NCBI GenBank assembly: GCA_964474375.1
Contig: CAYYSG010000002.1
Coordinates: 980-64,979, forward strand
Reading direction: 5' to 3'
Origin: an uncultured Candidatus Saccharibacteria bacterium
Lineage (GTDB): Bacteria; Patescibacteriota; Minisyncoccia; Phycocordibacterales; UBA9973
DNA length: 64,000 nucleotides
Shown: positions 59,968 to 64,000 of the stretch, one piece after another
Position numbering within the stretch: position 1 is the stretch's first letter
How the letters are laid out: each line of letters starts with the position of its first letter
Position numbers and translations under genes: made by a program
Notes under the pieces: model-generated
What the model saw: the letters and a program-made list of their open reading frames with translations, nothing else
The model's database searches: none
What the model was told of the DNA's origin: nothing

Positions 59968-60857
59968 TACATTTTTTCGATATCGTCTATCTTATCCATT
60001 ATAACTTTTTCTGCGTCATATATATCGCTCTCTATTGCACTACCATGCTTTTCTTTTATATCTTCTTTTAGAATAGCAAAACTTTTTCTAGCAATTCTCT
60101 TTGTTTCTTCTAGTTTTTGGTCAACCTTGTATCTGTAACGTAAATAGATATAAAGTAAAGAGAAAATTAAAAATACCCAGATAAATAATAGTAATATTGA
60201 GCCTGTATCAAATTTATGTATATAAGAATAGAACACAGTTTGGGTGGCAGGATTTTCACTAATATCGGTTTTTGGTGTTACGGCTTCTTTTATTATGTCT
60301 TTTATTTCTTTTGGCTCTGGTTTTGTAGGCGTAGTAACTTCAGCTGCCGGAGCAATATTAAAACTAGCTTCGTTCATGCTTTTCAAAGTATTAGTCCCAG
60401 CACCATCATTGGCCAACACACTACCTGATATAAAATTGACTATACCTATACCCGTAGACTTAGCCCTAAAAGTCAGATTCACTACAGTTGCACCACTACC
60501 AGTGTACCCACCTAGCGTAACACCTTCGAAAGATGCAGTCCCAGCCGTATTAGAAAAAGTTGGCTCTTGTGCCCACAGGCTGATAATAGAACCTGCTTTT
60601 GAAATAGAAACCAGAGACAAATTATCCTGAGTAAAACGCAGACGTGACGAAACTGCATTTATTGACTCATTTGGGCTAACGACCAGTAATTTGACTACTA
60701 TTGCATCTCCAACGTTATAGCTTCCCCCTTCTGGTGTAAGTAATAAATTAGAAGCAGAAACACTACTCGCACTAATTAAAAATGTAGCAAAAGCTAAAAA
60801 TATTACTTTATTTAATTTTAAAAATTTTATTTTTAGCATTTTTTTTAAATACGACAA
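59967..60857 (-). CDS. cohesin-like domain, C-terminal TM-anchored surface protein
   Basis: Signal peptide, VGDAIVVKLLVVSPNESINAVSSRLRFTQDNLSLVSI, C-terminal TM and charged tail. Confidence 0.55.
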   Translation of the reverse strand: MSYLKKMLKIKFLKLNKVIFLAFATFLISASSVSASNLLLTPEGGSYNVGDAIVVKLLVVSPNESINAVSSRLRFTQDNLSLVSISKAGSIISLWAQEPTFSNTAGTASFEGVTLGGYTGSGATVVNLTFRAKSTGIGIVNFISGSVLANDGAGTNTLKSMNEASFNIAPAAEVTTPTKPEPKEIKDIIKEAVTPKTDISENPATQTVFYSYIHKFDTGSILLLFIWVFLIFSLLYIYLRYRYKVDQKLEETKRIARKSFAILKEDIKEKHGSAIESDIYDAEKVIMDKIDDIEKM

Positions 60858-61671
60858 TTACTACTGCAATTAGGATCAAAAATATAAACAAATAGACCCT
60901 AGGAATATCTGAATTAAACAAAGTATGAATTTCTTCATTGTCAGCAAAATCGACAGCTTTTATTTTAACAAAAATATTTTTATTAGATTCTAAACTATAT
61001 GGACTGTCGATTCGAATCCATTCACCTTTTGATTTAATATAGACGCCCTTAATACCTGTTTCTTTGTCTATCGCATTAAATATTATAACATTCTCACCAT
61101 TATATAGTAATTCATCTTTGACTATTTTTACTTCAAGAGTTGGCTTATTTGCATCGTTGATTTCAAATCTTTTATCTTTTATTTGTGAATTTATTTGAAC
61201 AACCGCACTAACACTATTTGGTTTAATTAATGTACCCATACCATCATTCCTTGCTACTTCGACATTATTAAAAGTTATTATTGCCGTTCCTTGTTTTTTA
61301 GGTATAAAAAAAGCTCTTCCAATATTACCCCTGTTTAGTAAACTAGGCTCATTTAAAAATCCTGAAAAACCATTTGGGGTTACACCAGCTATTTGAAACG
61401 AACCTTTGTCTATTATTTTTGAACTAATCCAGTGTGTAATAATAGACTGGCTATTATCAAAACGACTGAATTCTAGAATATCTTCATCAAAATTTAAATT
61501 TGATTCTATTGCATTAATACTGGCACCTTCTGTGTTTATATAAATATCTACATAAAATTCTTCGGAAATAGAAACATTGTTTGAATTTGGAACAAGAAGA
61601 ACAACCTCGGCATTAGCAAAGCCATAAAAACTTAGGAAACAAATGAGTAAAACAAATATAAATCTTTTCAT
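60808..61671 (-). CDS. cohesin-like domain, C-terminal TM-anchored surface protein
   Basis: Signal peptide, ISEEFYVDIYINTEGASINAIESNLNFDEDILEF, C-terminal TM. Confidence 0.55.
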   Translation of the reverse strand: MKRFIFVLLICFLSFYGFANAEVVLLVPNSNNVSISEEFYVDIYINTEGASINAIESNLNFDEDILEFSRFDNSQSIITHWISSKIIDKGSFQIAGVTPNGFSGFLNEPSLLNRGNIGRAFFIPKKQGTAIITFNNVEVARNDGMGTLIKPNSVSAVVQINSQIKDKRFEINDANKPTLEVKIVKDELLYNGENVIIFNAIDKETGIKGVYIKSKGEWIRIDSPYSLESNKNIFVKIKAVDFADNEEIHTLFNSDIPRVYLFIFLILIAVVIVVFKKNAKNKIFKIK

Positions 61672-61675
61672 AAAA

Positions 61676-63007
61676 TTATCCGGTCCAGTTATAAGCCATT
61701 ATAGAGAAGTCGACAATACTAATAATTCCATCGTTATTCAAATCAATATTAGCTGGTGGATTTGATTTCTTATACCAATAAGCCATTATAGAAAAGTCGA
61801 CTAGGTTAACTTTGCCGTCACAGTTTAAGTCGCCTCGTAAACTAGAACAAGTAGTAGCTTCTTTTTTCTTAGTCTCGGTTCCAACATTAAACCCGACAGT
61901 ATTCCCGAATGGTGAAACTTCGGTGTTTATTGCTGATTTTGATTTAGCAGTATGCGAACCAATTTCAAGAGGAGCTGTATCAAAATTCAAAAGATATACT
62001 CCGTCTTTATCTGTACTAACTTTATTAAAAAATTCTTGTTCGGAATGTACCGAAATTGTAATTTCGCTCTCAGGAACACTTTGTCCAAAGATAGCCACAT
62101 TCTCACCTTGTTTAACAACTGACTTATCTACATCAATTGTTGGTGAAAGAAATATTCCACCAATATTAATAGTTGCATTCTCGGTCACATAAACAGGAAA
62201 AGAAAATGCTGTTGATTTTCGAAAGGTTGAATCTTCACCATATACAGAAAAAGTATAATTACCGTTAGATAATGCACTGACAGCTACGGAGAAGTTAGCC
62301 AAAGGGTCAGCAATGGTCGTAGCAACTATAGTACCATCTTTCAGAATTGTGACTTTTGATGAAGGATAAGCTCTTCCTGATAAATTTATATTACCAGAAC
62401 CAGTTGTATCAGTACTACCGGTGGTACCAGTAAAGCCACCACCGCCACCTCCTCCTCCGCCAGTAGTAGCGGGGGGTGAACCAGCTGGGGTACCAGAAAC
62501 AACAACGGAATCACTAACTATTAACCCTGATACGTAGCTTCGTACTTTGAAATAATACGTTGTTCCATTGCTCAAAGATGAAAATGTATTATTAAGAGAA
62601 ACCCCAACGTTAGTATAAGTAAACGGACCACTGGAATTAGTACTAATTCCAACCTCATAGCTAGTTACATTACCTAAAGTCCCAACAGAAGCCGTCCAAG
62701 AAACTAGGACATTTTGATTACCAGCAGTAGTCGAAACTACTGGAGTTGTAGCTATCGGAAAATATAAGAAACCAGCATTTTTATCAAAACTAGTAGACGA
62801 AGATTCCCCGCTTTCAAGTTGTCCCGATGAAGATATATATTGAAAACTAGTACTACTAGATATTCCACCTTCTGCAATACCAATAAGAGGGTTTTCTATT
62901 TGAAAATTAGTACTACTCATATATTGTGCATGAGCAAAGGAAAACAAAAAACCCATTATGATTAAGATTGTAGAAATAGTTAAAATGCTTTTTACAAATC
63001 TTTTCAT
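61676..63007 (-). CDS. secreted FN3 + Gly-linker + beta-sandwich + C-terminal type-I dockerin protein
   Basis: Signal peptide; FN3 (TYYFKVRSY); poly-Gly; tandem Ca-binding repeats GDLNCDGKVNLVDFSIMAYWY / DLNNDGIISIVDFSIMAYNW. Confidence 0.7.
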   Translation of the reverse strand: MKRFVKSILTISTILIIMGFLFSFAHAQYMSSTNFQIENPLIGIAEGGISSSTSFQYISSSGQLESGESSSTSFDKNAGFLYFPIATTPVVSTTAGNQNVLVSWTASVGTLGNVTSYEVGISTNSSGPFTYTNVGVSLNNTFSSLSNGTTYYFKVRSYVSGLIVSDSVVVSGTPAGSPPATTGGGGGGGGGFTGTTGSTDTTGSGNINLSGRAYPSSKVTILKDGTIVATTIADPLANFSVAVSALSNGNYTFSVYGEDSTFRKSTAFSFPVYVTENATINIGGIFLSPTIDVDKSVVKQGENVAIFGQSVPESEITISVHSEQEFFNKVSTDKDGVYLLNFDTAPLEIGSHTAKSKSAINTEVSPFGNTVGFNVGTETKKKEATTCSSLRGDLNCDGKVNLVDFSIMAYWYKKSNPPANIDLNNDGIISIVDFSIMAYNWTG

Positions 63008-63043
63008 AATGGGTTTTTGCGCTATTTTAAAATAGCGGATCTA

Positions 63044-63433
63044 CTAGTTAGTAGCTGGTGCTGCTTCTCCAATATTTAGTGGTGCAACTTCAATGATTTT
63101 ATTCATTTCAACACTATAAAGGATAGCTTTTCTTGACTGAGCAAAAATTAGAACCTTGTCACCTTGTTTTGCATTAGCAAAAAATGGTTGTGATTTAAGA
63201 GCTTCTACATCTGATACTGTAGCTACTGTTGGTGTTTCCCCTTCAGGCAGTACTACTAGTTTTGAAACTTTTGCAACAAGAGTGTTTACTTCTTTTCTTG
63301 CTTGAGCGTTAGGGTCTTGTTTCAATGTGTAAAGTTCATAATAAAAGTAACCAGCAGCTGCTATGGCTAAAATTGCAATTACTGTAGCAATTTTTGAACT
63401 CATAGGTTTTTTTGTTGTTTCTACGTTATCCAT
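63044..63433 (-). CDS. hypothetical single-TM protein
   Basis: 129 aa, N-terminal TM. Confidence 0.45.
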   Translation of the reverse strand: MDNVETTKKPMSSKIATVIAILAIAAAGYFYYELYTLKQDPNAQARKEVNTLVAKVSKLVVLPEGETPTVATVSDVEALKSQPFFANAKQGDKVLIFAQSRKAILYSVEMNKIIEVAPLNIGEAAPATN

Positions 63434-63560
63434 ATATATAATATAACCTTATAATAGAGCTTACCTCCTTATCCTTTAATTATATTCTAATTAATTAGAA
63501 TATCAAGACATTTAACCTTAAACATAGGCAAGACTATTTTAGGAATGTTTTGTCAATTTT

Positions 63561-64000
63561 TTAAATTATAAACAAGTGGCCTTTTATTAGATTAACAAAC
63601 AAAGCAAATATTTTTATATCACTTATATTGTAACCCAGGTCATCACCACCGCCGCCTTGGCCGCCGCCGCCTTGGCCGCCAGTACCACCACCTGATTCAA
63701 CATCTCCTTCTCCACCACCTTCATCACCGCCACCTACCTCATCATCAGGAGTAGCTGATGACTCAACAGAACCACCTCCGCCGCCTACCGTATAATTCAC
63801 AAGAGACCAACCACTATTCCCCGAAACAAGAGTACTCATAAATGCATAGAATGTTGCTCCACCTGTAGCGATACTATCCCTAATTGATAAATAATAACTG
63901 ACTAAATTACCGCTGGCTTTTGATAGCGTCCAGGTACTTGTGTCGACTGTACTTTTTAAAGTAATCACTGAACTTCCACCACTACCATTAACATCCCAAT
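63561..64000 (-). CDS. C-terminal part of a Gly-rich secreted protein; ORF open to window edge
   Basis: Gly/Gln/Asp repeats GGQGGGGQGGGG; no stop before window end on the 5' side. Confidence 0.35.
   Translation of the reverse strand, partial: WDVNGSGGSSVITLKSTVDTSTWTLSKASGNLVSYYLSIRDSIATGGATFYAFMSTLVSGNSGWSLVNYTVGGGGGSVESSATPDDEVGGGDEGGGEGDVESGGGTGGQGGGGQGGGGDDLGYNISDIKIFALFVNLIKGHLFII

Noticed and set aside
62440-62470. Periodic cca/ccg repeats (also 63640-63690) that could look like a short tandem or CRISPR-like array
   Set aside because: They are in-frame poly-Gly / Gly-Gln coding repeats within surface-protein genes, with no spacer-repeat architecture. Not CRISPR.

Overview
This is a low-GC (about 35-37% by eye), gene-dense bacterial chromosome segment, coded almost entirely on the minus strand and read with the standard code (long intact ORFs, no sign of UGA recoding). 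The small, host-dependent gene repertoire (minimal core machinery, nucleotide salvage, pili and many surface proteins) resembles a Patescibacteria/CPR-type organism; that lineage call is an inference. No rRNA, CRISPR array or mobile element was seen. One tRNA is present (47092..47163, minus).

Recognisable content:
- Translation and recombination: the rpsF-ssb-rpsR operon, the str operon (rpsL-rpsG-fusA), secE-nusG-rplK, and the aminoacyl-tRNA synthetases metG, glyQS and ileS, plus recO and ruvX.
- A thymidylate/deoxynucleotide module split over two loci: glyA-folA-thyA-dcd, and dut, a tmk-like kinase and nrdAB.
- Type IV pilus assembly genes pilM, pilN and pilO.
- A macAB-like ABC efflux set flanked by a SIMPL-domain protein and a CapA-family gene, a P-type ATPase, malic enzyme, a Pif1-type helicase, MscL, SHMT and a NUDIX hydrolase.

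Most noteworthy:
- A right-end locus (54808 to the window end) of secreted or membrane-anchored proteins. It holds three tandem cohesin-like membrane proteins, an FN3 + type-I-dockerin protein, and a 1157-aa surface protein with a DUF5011 Ig-like domain and a C-terminal peptidoglycan-binding domain. This is a candidate non-cellulosomal cohesin-dockerin surface assembly, plausibly for host attachment.
- An isoleucyl-tRNA synthetase with a roughly 200-aa, catalytically intact-looking histidine-phosphatase (PGAM-type) domain inserted in its catalytic core.
- A T-box riboswitch leader with a near-consensus promoter upstream of ileS.
- A CYTH (triphosphate tunnel) protein paired with a P-loop kinase-like protein.
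- A three-gene operon of large uncharacterised proteins at the left end.
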